NCBI GenBank assembly: GCA_004764695.1
Contig: SMSO01000031.1
Span: 2,022,436-2,086,435, forward strand
DNA length: 64,000 bases
Direction of reading: 5' to 3'
Source: Schizochytrium sp. TIO01
Taxonomy: Eukaryota; Protista; Bigyra: Labyrinthulomycetes
Shown: piece after piece, positions 36,501-45,303 of the stretch
Layout of the letters: each line of letters starts with the position of its first letter
How positions within the stretch are numbered: position 1 is the stretch's first letter
Position numbers and translations under genes: made by a program
The notes under the pieces: generated by a model
Seen by the model: only the letters and a program-made list of their open reading frames with translations
What the model was told of the DNA's origin: nothing
The model's database searches: none

Positions 36501-39500
36501 GTCATCATAAGGAGTGGTTTCATGATCAGTGAGTGTAGTCATCGGAACTAAGACGTCTTCTTCTGTAAGAGCTTTTACTTCCAAAAGTTTCTTGGTCATA
36601 GGGTCCAAATTAGACACATCATCAGAGGAAAGCGCATACAATGGTGCCCAGTACGGTACCATAGGTGTTACATCTCTACCCTCGCCAGTAGGATCGGTTA
36701 CAGGGCATTCTACAATCACGAATTTCACGCTTTTGAGATAGTCACCTTCGATGTTAACGCTGCGCGTGGAGTAAGTGCAAGAAGTGATTTGAGGGATCGC
36801 AAAAAAAGTCGACTTGTTTTCGTATGCTTTGCAACCAGGATCATGGCTACCTTGCTGGTCCAGGGCTGCGCAATATTCAGCAACAACCTCATCACAAGCT
36901 ACAGCGGAGGGGTAATCGCTGACAGCTTTACATTCCTCAGTCAAACAAGGATTTGTTCTGTCTGGAAGACGCCGATTCATGCAAAAGGGGCAACCTGATT
37001 CGCCTTCTGACCTACCACTGACTCCTTTTCTTGCTGGGCGGTAGGACTGCATATTAGGGTCCTTTACACAGTATTCACACGCCATGCCAGGCTCAGGGCA
37101 GTACCAATCCGTAGCTACCCATTGGCATGACTGGCATCCATCAGTGAAATCAAAGTTGTTTCCATCATCACAAACCTCGCCCCAACTAAGCACACCATCG
37201 CCACATGATGACAGCTCTCTGCAAGCGCTACTCCAGAAACCTCGATCAGAATTACAATATTGCACTGTAGAGTTGACACAATCTACAATTTGATCAAGCA
37301 TCGGGCAAGCTACTTGATCTGCAAAGCTAAGCAAATCTTCTGTAAGCTGGAAATCACCTGTGGGAGGAGAAAGTGTTATGCCAGATGAAGCTTCCAAATA
37401 AGCACGAACCCATGGCGAGTCGGGATATAAGAAACCTTGCCTTAGATATGACAGCACCACTCGATCATGCAGGGCTGTACATTGCTGCGTTTCTGCAAAA
37501 GAACCATTGTAGTATGCTTGGCACGCATCCTCCTCACATGGGCAATCAAGCTTTCGCGTATCGCATTGTGAATACGGGCACTCACGCTTGCAGTTTGCCT
37601 CATCTGGATGTGTTGTACAATGATCGTAAACAGCTGCCATGCACTCGTCGTTGTATGGATTGGTGTCAGAGTACTTCTGTTCAGCTCCAGGCCGCCCATA
37701 AGGTCCTGTGCCCGAAGCGTAGCAAGACCCACACTCCAAACGAAGACATTGCAAAATATTATCTGTGCTATCACCTGCTAGAGCCATTTGGCCACACTTG
37801 AACCCTGCCAATGAAGAGTCTGTAGGGAATGCACTAACGTTCCCATAAACGACAAATCGGTCGAAGAGATCACAGCAGCCTTCATGACACTGATCCAGCA
37901 CTCCTTGGTTTTCTACAATGCATTCAGCACTATAATCCCAGGTCGAGTCATAGTTCTCTTCCGTTGTACCTCCCATAGGATATCCATAGTATTCACAGTT
38001 CATGAATGCACGAAAAAGGAACGTAGCGTAATCAATAACATCTTGGGCAGGCTTCTGTTCTGATGTTGGCCAGATGGAATCGAAATCATCGGAAAAGGCA
38101 ACTCGAGCTGCACATGAGAATAGTCCATTGCTTTCGTCAAGGTTCTCAGGACTGTTGACAGAAAATAGTTCAAGAACATATCCGAGGCAGCCTTCCATGC
38201 GTGAACACGTTGTTGAGTTAAATTCGCCGATACACTCACGAATTCCATTGGCCTCAAAATTCTGAAGGTACTGAATAAGGTCTGAAGACTCACAATTAAA
38301 GTTGGAGTAGTACTTCACTAATTCATCATATATCGCATCGTATTCTTTTCCTGTGTCAGTATCGTAATTGTCACTGCTATCGTCCCATTCCGATAAACAT
38401 TCTCCAATTTGGGATGATATCTCCGTAAGGGTTGCCATGGTAGCAGTGCTAGGGAATGCAACACTAGTTGGCCATGTGGCATTAAGCCATTCCATCCCAT
38501 ACTGCATTAAAATAATAGGACAATTAGCTCCATATACTGCACCATAATTCTCATCTACAATCTCTTCCCCGTTGTTGAGAGCAATGATAACTTGCTCCAG
38601 ACATACTAAAGTATCACCACAGTATTTTTGCGTTGGAAGACAGCTGTCCATTCCAGTCTTTTCAACTGCATCAACATATTGAACCAGCATATCACTTGTA
38701 CAAATCATATCGCTTTGGTTGCTACCAGATCCATGATCTGACTCATAATGTGTATCATAAGAATCGTCGAAATCATTAAATTCATCATCGCTGCATTGAA
38801 GAATTGCACGAAAGAACTTTGACACAAATTGTATTGCCTCAAGAGATGGCATTTCATAGCCCTCGGGCCAAACATCCCTCAAAAAGGTTGAGTTCTCCAA
38901 GTAGGATATAGCATCAAGGCAAACGAATGAATCCTCTCCATACTCCAGCAAAATATCAAAGCCACTCAAAGTACCATTATTAATACCTTGTAGAGTAGCG
39001 ACTTTATCTACTGCGTCGAAGGTGCAGTTGACTAGGGCTGGTGAACATGCATAATGACTGTTCATCGGACTGCAGTTCTCCTGATCTAACTCTGAAAAGG
39101 CCTGAAAAAGAAGGGGAAGTATGTCAGGTTTGCAATTTGTGAATCCCCATTTACTATCATCATCAAAAGAGTTGTAGAAGTCCCCTTCGAACTCACAGCT
39201 CATGATTTCATTAACGAACGCTGAAACAAAAGTAATGGATTCATTCTCTGGCATTTCGATATCTGCAGGCCATATTTCTACAAGGTCAGAGTATGTGCAG
39301 TTGGCCATGGCCTCTAAGCAGTACAGTTCATATTGAACAAAATCATAGCCAGCAATCTCGAACATTGTCATTCCTGCTGTACTGAACCCATTATAAGCTG
39401 CAATGTTCTTAAGTAGATCATGTGTACAGTTCATTACGGTTTCACAGGAATGATTCCCGAAAGGCGTACACTCCATCTGGTCGATTTGCGAAAAGGAATC

Positions 39501-40622
39501 AAATATGTTTGACAGTGTATGATTCGTGCATTGGCTAAGTAGATTCTCTTCATGAGAAAGGCTACGTCCGCCTGGTTTGACCAGACGAGAACCTTGGAAG
39601 ATCTTAGCAAACACTTCTACAGATTCACCATTGAGCTGACGATCATGGACTGAGCTTTTTGCAAAGGATAGAATACGATCAAGTCGATTCTGTCGATCGC
39701 CGCTCAAATCTGGATTGAAAGTGGAATGACCCTTCAGATGCTGGAAAAGAGGATCGCCCTTCTTCATTAAACGTCTATTTGAAGAAGGCGCGCGTGCTGA
39801 AATACGAGCAAACACATCCAGAATCTCGGCAGATACCGGCGAATAACGCCATAGTACATTCTCAAAACACTCAGAGTCCCATGCGCAGCTTCCATAAACA
39901 TATGATTCAAACATATCCCACAGATTTCCTGTGCAAACAGTGTCACAAATTGTGGTGTTTGAAAAGAAGCACTCGGATACGTCACTGTTATAGTCAGTAT
40001 TGTAGGAATTGTCATCATTCATGAAGCGACTGCAAGTTTCAGCACTACAAGAGGCTTGTGTACGCAAATACTGCATATCCGATGATGGATGGCAATCCTC
40101 GAGCTCTGGGTCACAGCAAAAGTCATACACAAGTTCAAGACAGCCTTCACTGGATTTGCGGTTCTGACATTGCTCATTATAGCACGGATGCAGCCACGTA
40201 ACGTTGCCAAAAGGTTCGTCTTCAAGCTCATCAATTCGCCAGCACTCATCGAGATTGATGTAACTGTTGACCGCATCTTCTAGATGGCGCTCATCTTTTG
40301 TTGCCAGAGCTTTCTGGCGCAATTCTTCAGAGGAAAGTCTGCGCGAATGCTTTGGTTTATTATTACGTTCAATCTGGTTCAGCGCTTCAACGAGCTTCGT
40401 TTGATGAAGACGCCGGTGATTTAGTGCATTCGTCAGTGCCCGATGGCCGTCATGTGCAGGCTTGTTGAATGGCGAACTCCGAGTTCCTTGTCCACTTAGA
40501 ATTTCTATGCCGTTTCCAAGGAAGCGACGCTTTGTTTCGCTTGAGCCAGGATCAACCTTTAAGCCACAACACAGGGCAAGGATGGTTGCGAGGTAGAGGC
40601 AAAGAAAGTCCGTAGATTTCAT
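30519..40622 (-). CDS. Giant Cys-rich secreted, probably GPI-anchored surface glycoprotein (3367 aa) with EGF-like and Myxococcus-type Cys-rich modules
   Basis: Uninterrupted 10.1-kb ORF. Signal peptide MKSTDFLCLYLATILALCCG; CGDG..GEVCDDGN..DGC motif; tenascin-type EGF units (CGGHGDC..CTCHVGWIGDAC, CSGHGEC..CECTGSWTGSQC); two Pro/Thr/Ser stalks; terminal hydrophobic tail after SDAA. Confidence 0.9.
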   Translation of the reverse strand: MKSTDFLCLYLATILALCCGLKVDPGSSETKRRFLGNGIEILSGQGTRSSPFNKPAHDGHRALTNALNHRRLHQTKLVEALNQIERNNKPKHSRRLSSEELRQKALATKDERHLEDAVNSYINLDECWRIDELEDEPFGNVTWLHPCYNEQCQNRKSSEGCLELVYDFCCDPELEDCHPSSDMQYLRTQASCSAETCSRFMNDDNSYNTDYNSDVSECFFSNTTICDTVCTGNLWDMFESYVYGSCAWDSECFENVLWRYSPVSAEILDVFARISARAPSSNRRLMKKGDPLFQHLKGHSTFNPDLSGDRQNRLDRILSFAKSSVHDRQLNGESVEVFAKIFQGSRLVKPGGRSLSHEENLLSQCTNHTLSNIFDSFSQIDQMECTPFGNHSCETVMNCTHDLLKNIAAYNGFSTAGMTMFEIAGYDFVQYELYCLEAMANCTYSDLVEIWPADIEMPENESITFVSAFVNEIMSCEFEGDFYNSFDDDSKWGFTNCKPDILPLLFQAFSELDQENCSPMNSHYACSPALVNCTFDAVDKVATLQGINNGTLSGFDILLEYGEDSFVCLDAISYLENSTFLRDVWPEGYEMPSLEAIQFVSKFFRAILQCSDDEFNDFDDSYDTHYESDHGSGSNQSDMICTSDMLVQYVDAVEKTGMDSCLPTQKYCGDTLVCLEQVIIALNNGEEIVDENYGAVYGANCPIILMQYGMEWLNATWPTSVAFPSTATMATLTEISSQIGECLSEWDDSSDNYDTDTGKEYDAIYDELVKYYSNFNCESSDLIQYLQNFEANGIRECIGEFNSTTCSRMEGCLGYVLELFSVNSPENLDESNGLFSCAARVAFSDDFDSIWPTSEQKPAQDVIDYATFLFRAFMNCEYYGYPMGGTTEENYDSTWDYSAECIVENQGVLDQCHEGCCDLFDRFVVYGNVSAFPTDSSLAGFKCGQMALAGDSTDNILQCLRLECGSCYASGTGPYGRPGAEQKYSDTNPYNDECMAAVYDHCTTHPDEANCKRECPYSQCDTRKLDCPCEEDACQAYYNGSFAETQQCTALHDRVVLSYLRQGFLYPDSPWVRAYLEASSGITLSPPTGDFQLTEDLLSFADQVACPMLDQIVDCVNSTVQYCNSDRGFWSSACRELSSCGDGVLSWGEVCDDGNNFDFTDGCQSCQWVATDWYCPEPGMACEYCVKDPNMQSYRPARKGVSGRSEGESGCPFCMNRRLPDRTNPCLTEECKAVSDYPSAVACDEVVAEYCAALDQQGSHDPGCKAYENKSTFFAIPQITSCTYSTRSVNIEGDYLKSVKFVIVECPVTDPTGEGRDVTPMVPYWAPLYALSSDDVSNLDPMTKKLLEVKALTEEDVLVPMTTLTDHETTPYDDAMIYKSNNGYNEPIAEWSNPFRSRVARLTVNNTRDYLPESCDWPDGEYDLNLLPPCDDSMATVARQGLKEMKWKGALREQWEFLDFADISTADLSKFTCNPKPNTIQFAVQVSTTRMEWVGGTEQEVERHEVNCDRYMRENDGQWPQNAETVCDTWESLFKNGYMKVSFGQRLYQQGCLNTDCSEQIAHCEMVPITKGRPQTNPELFATKSEVLLEAIRDVAAASSWQDVKKSLVSVSALAASTPIAGALDIFNSVTIHGTITKFKKDVRWYCPYSWGIWNETTWTYERNPDWVSDPCCNWELQDIMCCPIQDVPTGVVRTVTGFEEDKLDICQHPDLMKQTFTNLFTTMEDATKLANELSRKVDPGEFENVWEFIEECAELIYKSENINSDADCYCKYSKAQDGRCETSMKDMPKCYAECFREIYSEKNPYIVYYLKEQWSISEPISTDVEDENDRFANAWLEHMTEYGCEGEQSWHSDIGYAGFQWRCNDTCLEEMACDYQAGLRIYLSERYEETGEYIAEWQLNSDTEACESLGGERVCAYSYNDICYDYECLIPEVQERFPDTPCDGFSTCREECMGSCESEMACNATGGTWINGGTCCPPDAFVHTNEYSDYKDCKYYPPGSPSSWELRDEVCCSAYDGSWRMNMYGGECCLGAWAEYEWDGEVYSYCQDYVDTWTQCYECYQENCEPLMFECHECYSESEKCCGEEYVSQNETACLSYTSCNDRSIYNEEECVGDEPFCAWDGGWPSSQAARCEVQLWYTEGGYSQENCENLGFTWIDNNGWTYCGRELAANASSQDCFQFDLCERESWEKRFPGWEAPANGEWGGFECQPGCYINSTSSSVQSKEHYEWGYSGCTIVLDFPDEDRVMWFGGPWNEDQGWCMIHSWDLKNLVNEGLAADQEEACLNAGGELNDVAFYFEPSRYATEEQCDAGQCEGTINSWRRHPETGFYSGEQPWSEEQCLRLSSKQCDKWCPSCMYSDSNGACFHNETYEILYNTLQEVCEETEGYEWYSCPEPDIYLNDWYEVSTVCQAPNPEYPEAVNNQLSCWANFQRCSTEKCSLRGDCMNMYGGVMDFTTEHCTDPSWEYGDRFWGEEVVEENGYSYSSYVSCSWSQRDVIQGVCLGERSISEGCGYEKWYLWHSLGCKQEGIYTEEDCIAVNATWYEPIRNAESCSIPGCKLNRWDVRQYSEEDCIYCGGEVVNMGHWQGGNLMKPFVRQFSFKPNGREMESVNKWIPRQAYYLVQEQLKNPVMRAFAQYKMQELLVRYNLYNKVLETISCDCSGTSSSESECFETQKGGALSTEQELPLGQTLSAGSGVTVVTSSIITEEARRRLVETNASFTSVSVTEYSAGIYSKHEPCQDEDASSFDAFAVINTGGLVVGQLIGNGRGLNITGAVESVLLCLPAREDITLREDVFDTYAVGKMDAEGIVRPVLFENDTSIYVERTASQICIEIAEGGVYYPIFRVADSLTTSTKTCSSCSSSSGTCVLGSDDTVQCICRCGFSGAACDAGCSFYCNDNGVCDDSTHVCTCNQGNTAALYTGSACGRMNCPMDSDGISCGGHGDCSIETGDAVCTCHVGWIGDACTSPDTNLTAGGELGYGSSLTEVENSNSFSFAVSSPTTSSPTADSGTSSTDSPTQVPTRAPTPAPTKPAPEPLVTFKVSMSQNILKAKNNTAAVSTALSNLKSSVSGSLPESVRDKVDIKITIKQTTTGSMSLDTSQAMDTNGLRYIKNAIAAQKCTGFATCNVTTWIETNRRERRRRSLSTASVGYSIEKSIEEDEVENGNTDDEVIEVSSLATLIEAEASAENVVFTASVNSVATPVQTSSLVIKAVPKESALQSIEEAESGEALDVSSVQMSLDASVIQSAVESSTELSVSAIEEDLCEGRTCSGHGECVEDTDAGTSTCECTGSWTGSQCEVGTSAPTPSPTSAPVTSPSSPTKAPTSPTAAPTAQPTSEPTAPVISDAAHIYQHPILYICAMLMALI

Positions 40623-42805
40623 ATTGCTATTTGTGAGGTTTATATGTATAGGTATAAACCTTCAGCACAACTAGTTTGCCGAATGGCTGGGAAGTATATT
40701 GCGCCTTCCCAGGTCACTTTTGTACAATTCAAGACCAATCTTAGAAGCACGAGTAGATAGACCTCCAACAATGAGGTTCGGGTTTTGAAACTAGAGGTCC
40801 TAGGTTGATCTGAAAAATGTACATCCTATTTTTTTCGAGCAGCTGATACTTAAGTTTTTTTGAAGTGTTCAATGGCAGTTTCTTTGTTCATATAAGCTTA
40901 TCCGTGCATAAGCAGTGTGTTACACCACCCACTCAAAATAATACTATTTTGGGTTACCCGAGGTACTGTATGGTCCAAAATATGGGTTTCTGTATATGAC
41001 TATTTGGAACCATTTTCATTTATACCTGCTACCTTTTCTGTCAAATATTGCTGCAGATGATATAATTCCAAAGCTGGTATACGATTTTTTGTTTTGTTTT
41101 GTTTTGTTTTCATAAAGACAAAGTATGGCATGCGCAGGTATTATTTTAATTGAAAGACTCTCTTTGCCTTGGAAACAGATACATGGAATGAAAACTTCGG
41201 GTTTCCTTTGTTGGCAAATTTATGCTCCAAGTTAGCGATACCAACCCACCATCACAGTTCATTTTACCCAGGCTGATAGCTTCCAAAAACAGGCTGCTCG
41301 GATAGATTCAAGCCGTCTGGGCCGAAAACACTGCCAGCCTCAAGTCTTTACTACACAGCTCCATTTTCTTTGTTGTTACTTTTTTTTTTCTTTTCCCTAT
41401 TAAGACAGGCAACACAAACTAGTTCTCCGCATCACTTCCTGAGAATATTCATAATCACTCTAGAAAGTAAAGATTATGAGTTAAGTGGAGGGACAGACTC
41501 GATTTCGCGCGACAATCGCGACAGTTTCATCAACACCCGGCTCATGCACTAGGAGTATTGACAGTGGAGGGACAAAAACATTCTCTGAACAAATGCACAT
41601 CTACTTGAATTCATAGCTGAATAGATACCGTTTCAATACAACAATAATGTTCTACTTTGCTCATCATTCTTTAAATAAGAGCTTCTGATAGTAGGAGGAC
41701 TACTTGCATCCCTCCACTACTGTGCACAAGGCCTGCGTCAAAAAGGCGAAGTGTAAAGGTTAACAACGGTTACAAATACCAAAGTCCTCGTAAATCTTAA
41801 CGGTCCCATCTTCAAGCTAGAATAGATCAGCTATAAAGGCGTATAAGAAAGCTGACCCAAACTTATACATTTGATATTAGGGGACGGTTTTCTCCAACAC
41901 AAATCTTCACATTTTAAAAGTAATTCACCTTGCTGAGTATGGATTTACCAATACCTAATGACAAAGTGTGCTTTCCTAAAATCCCAACCTCTGATTCAAC
42001 CTTTTTCCCTTGCATTGTGGCTACACAGGAGGGGTCATACTATGCTCTCTCTTGTTCATGCTGTTGCAACTTTGAACCAAAGGGCAACCTGCCACTTTAT
42101 TTTGTTAGTCTGTCTTTGGTCGCTTCGTAACCTTTTTTAACTATTTTACAGAGTCATCAACTTGATGTAGGTAATATTCTTCCATAGAGCGGGTGTCCCT
42201 TTCTTGAACTGACTGAATAGATCGACTTTGTGGGCCTGCTCATTGCGAAACTAAATATTGATAAACCAATGTTGTCTAAGACCTCCAGGAGGGCTGAATC
42301 ATATGCATGATCAAATCTTTCTATGTGCCGGTGAACAGTGGAGCGGGGCAATCTTTGGAATCATGAAAAATAAAAGGTCCACCCCGTCACCGGAACTGCG
42401 CAACGAATCTACAGGGAATAATGGGAACATATAGGTAAATAAACTCATTTAATATATATAAAATTGGTGAATAGTTTCCTTTTAAAAAGACACATTGGTG
42501 GAGTCCTTTAACGGCTAGTTTTATAGAACATGAGGTCAAATAAGGCTTCAATCTGACAGTAGTAGAAAAATTCTGAGCAACATGCGAAGCGGGCTTGCGA
42601 AAAGGTACTGATATTCACAGCACGGCTCGAGTCAGGTAGCGGAACTGCCGCAGAGCGAAGGTTAAGTAAACTGGCACTCGCCTGGCCGTGATCACGTGCT
42701 AAGCAAGCGGTCCACGAAGTGCAGTTCAGCCGCGCTTCGCTTCTCGTCAAGTATTGGCAAGGAGAAGTTACTTGTTGACATAGTTGGCGAAAAGGTTAAG
42801 ACAAG

Positions 42806-45217
42806 ATGGGCTATGCAAGCCTCCATGTTGCCAAAAAGCATGTGACAGAGGTCTCCGACATCAACAGCAGAAGCTTCCCTAGCAGCAGGCAAGACACTTC
42901 GCATACAAGCTCTGGGCACCTGGCTTTTGATCAACATATCAGCAACAATCAATTGCCTGAAGAATATAATCATCAGACTGCCTCCGTTCAAGTACATAGT
43001 TTGGACAATCGTGATTTCCCAGCAACCTCTGTTGCACCTATCAATGGACCTATCGGTCAAGACAACTCTGAGCAAGATGAGGTTAAGCTCATTAAAAAAC
43101 GAATGGAGCACGAACGTAAGATACGTCTTGAAACCGCGAGACGCCACAAAAAACTATTGAGGAAGAAAAAAGAGCGCCAGTTGATGGAGGAAAATGAGCG
43201 TCGTCGAGCTCTTCAAGAACGGCACGTCCGAAGACGTCAAGCAAGTGAGCACATAAGTTTATGCACACAAACACAGTCACAATCTCAAGCATCACAAAGT
43301 TTAAACGACACTAGTTCTAAACGAAGTTCTCCACCCCAACAAGCTAAAGGAAGGCCAAGAGGCCCATCCTCTATCTCAGATCGCTTCAGTCATGCTGATT
43401 TAAGGGTAGATGAAACGCAGTCTCATGCTATTGCTCGACCTCTTCCCTCTGTAAGTGGACGAACCATATATTCAGAGCAAGCATTCGAAACCATGTCATT
43501 TGCCGACAGTGCGGCTCAGTTTAGAGAGGAAGCTATGCGGCTCCGAGATTGGTATTCTGTGCTAGATCAGAAAGAGCTTCATGAATTCGCCATGTTCTCC
43601 CCTTCCTCGCGACAAATATCAAACACTTTACACGAAACACAGGGAGAAGATGATGATAGTATTGCAGAGACTTTTTCATGCCTTTCTACTCAGACACGGG
43701 AAATAACACCTAGTGAACAATATGTCAATCAAGGGAAGGTGCATCGACAAACTATTGCCCCTGCACATCGTCAAATAGACAGTGCATGTAGTAGAACAAG
43801 TAACCTTATGGACTCTTGTGTTTCATCAAAAGCAGCGCAAAAGATACGGCAGGGTGTACAACCACTTAAAGATCCAAAAATTCAGATTCAAACACAAGAT
43901 CCACAAGCTTCAGCTATTGATGGCCTTGTAGCACCAAGACCAGAAGAAAATATGATGTATTATGGTATCCAGACTGAGCCAGTTCAAGGGTGCATGTCAG
44001 AAGATTGGAAAATGCAAGATGACCCTTCAAATTTGGAAGATTCTCTTGAATTTGGACTTGATACTGGTAGCAATGCCCAACAAAATAAACCTTCTACATC
44101 GTGCTCGCGTGGTAGTCCACGATCTGTCCTTTCTTCTCAGACAAAGTCATCGGTCCGAAACGATACTATTCCAAACGAGGAACCCAATAATACTTTTGGT
44201 AAGAGAGAATCTCTTCATGAAAATTTACCCCCGTCTGGCCGTCATCGACAAAAGCAACATGATTCAAAACCCAAGAAACGTTGGGGTGGAGGGCGAGAGT
44301 CTCGGGAGGATCGACGGAGACGCGAAGCATACGAACGAAGGATGCGATATGCGAAAGAGTGCATCCCAAAGGTGCACGCTTTACCAACGGCAGACGAAGG
44401 TTTCGGACATGGTGAAGTCTCTAATGTGAAGGCTAGAAATATTGATGAAGCAAACTGTGTTTCCACAAATCAATCTTCAAAGAGACTTTCAAGCTACGAG
44501 CCCAAACAACCCATGTATGTACCGCACCACAGCTGTGTGGCTAGTTCGGAGAATTCTAGAGAACAAGATGTTCAGAATCCCGAAAACAGCCTTGACTTGA
44601 CTATGAAAGAAGAGCAGCTAAAAGCATCCTTGCAAAAACTTGATCAGGAGCTACATCGTCGCCGTCGCCGCTGGAACAATCCTTCAGAAGACTGGATACG
44701 GCGCGATAGGCATAATCAGTATGACGAGGGAGGGGTAGAAAATGCTACATCTAATGTAAACCAACTTTCGTCGAAAATTCACAGGGACCAGCACCACATT
44801 CAGAAGGCCTCCAAGGAGACATCGACTAAAGCCGCACAAAGTATTAATACTCAAACTATTGGAGGCATACAACAAAATCACTTTCAAGAACGTCCTCAAC
44901 TTGTTTCTTCACAGCAGCACCAGCATTCTTTGGAATGGCAATTGCCAATTAAACCCGTGATTCCAATGCGGCACCCCAGGCATGATGAAATGGCTGACCC
45001 TCGGCATGCAACTCCTCCCCAACAAACTCCAACTCTAGATGTGGAAAAGAAAAACTCTCTGCAAGGTATAACATTACACGGGTGTGGTTCAGAAGCTAAA
45101 AGACCTTTGACGCCAACACCAAGTCGTGGAACTGTACCAGGAGGTCGATATTTGCCAGGAAGGCCTCGTCCGGATGGCGTGATTAAAGTGCACAACAACT
45201 TTAGCCTTCTTGATTAG
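42806..45217 (+). CDS. Hypothetical largely disordered protein with short charged helices
   Basis: 803-aa ORF with AAG-ATG start, Ser/Gln/Arg-rich, no recognisable domain. Confidence 0.75.
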   Translation: MGYASLHVAKKHVTEVSDINSRSFPSSRQDTSHTSSGHLAFDQHISNNQLPEEYNHQTASVQVHSLDNRDFPATSVAPINGPIGQDNSEQDEVKLIKKRMEHERKIRLETARRHKKLLRKKKERQLMEENERRRALQERHVRRRQASEHISLCTQTQSQSQASQSLNDTSSKRSSPPQQAKGRPRGPSSISDRFSHADLRVDETQSHAIARPLPSVSGRTIYSEQAFETMSFADSAAQFREEAMRLRDWYSVLDQKELHEFAMFSPSSRQISNTLHETQGEDDDSIAETFSCLSTQTREITPSEQYVNQGKVHRQTIAPAHRQIDSACSRTSNLMDSCVSSKAAQKIRQGVQPLKDPKIQIQTQDPQASAIDGLVAPRPEENMMYYGIQTEPVQGCMSEDWKMQDDPSNLEDSLEFGLDTGSNAQQNKPSTSCSRGSPRSVLSSQTKSSVRNDTIPNEEPNNTFGKRESLHENLPPSGRHRQKQHDSKPKKRWGGGRESREDRRRREAYERRMRYAKECIPKVHALPTADEGFGHGEVSNVKARNIDEANCVSTNQSSKRLSSYEPKQPMYVPHHSCVASSENSREQDVQNPENSLDLTMKEEQLKASLQKLDQELHRRRRRWNNPSEDWIRRDRHNQYDEGGVENATSNVNQLSSKIHRDQHHIQKASKETSTKAAQSINTQTIGGIQQNHFQERPQLVSSQQHQHSLEWQLPIKPVIPMRHPRHDEMADPRHATPPQQTPTLDVEKKNSLQGITLHGCGSEAKRPLTPTPSRGTVPGGRYLPGRPRPDGVIKVHNNFSLLD

Positions 45218-45303
45218 TTGCGAAGTTTATTATGTGATTCTCCATCGGGAAAGAGAAACACAAAAACAATCAATAAGTTCAGTGAAGCAATAACCGTTTA
45301 AAT

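Noticed and set aside
37995-39530. Six-Cys repeats as elicitin domains
   Set aside because: Cys spacing differs clearly from the elicitin pattern; reported as an unassigned repeat instead.
44290-44380. RRMRYAKECIPK resembling a JHY-like ciliary motif
   Set aside because: Too short to support an assignment without a profile search.
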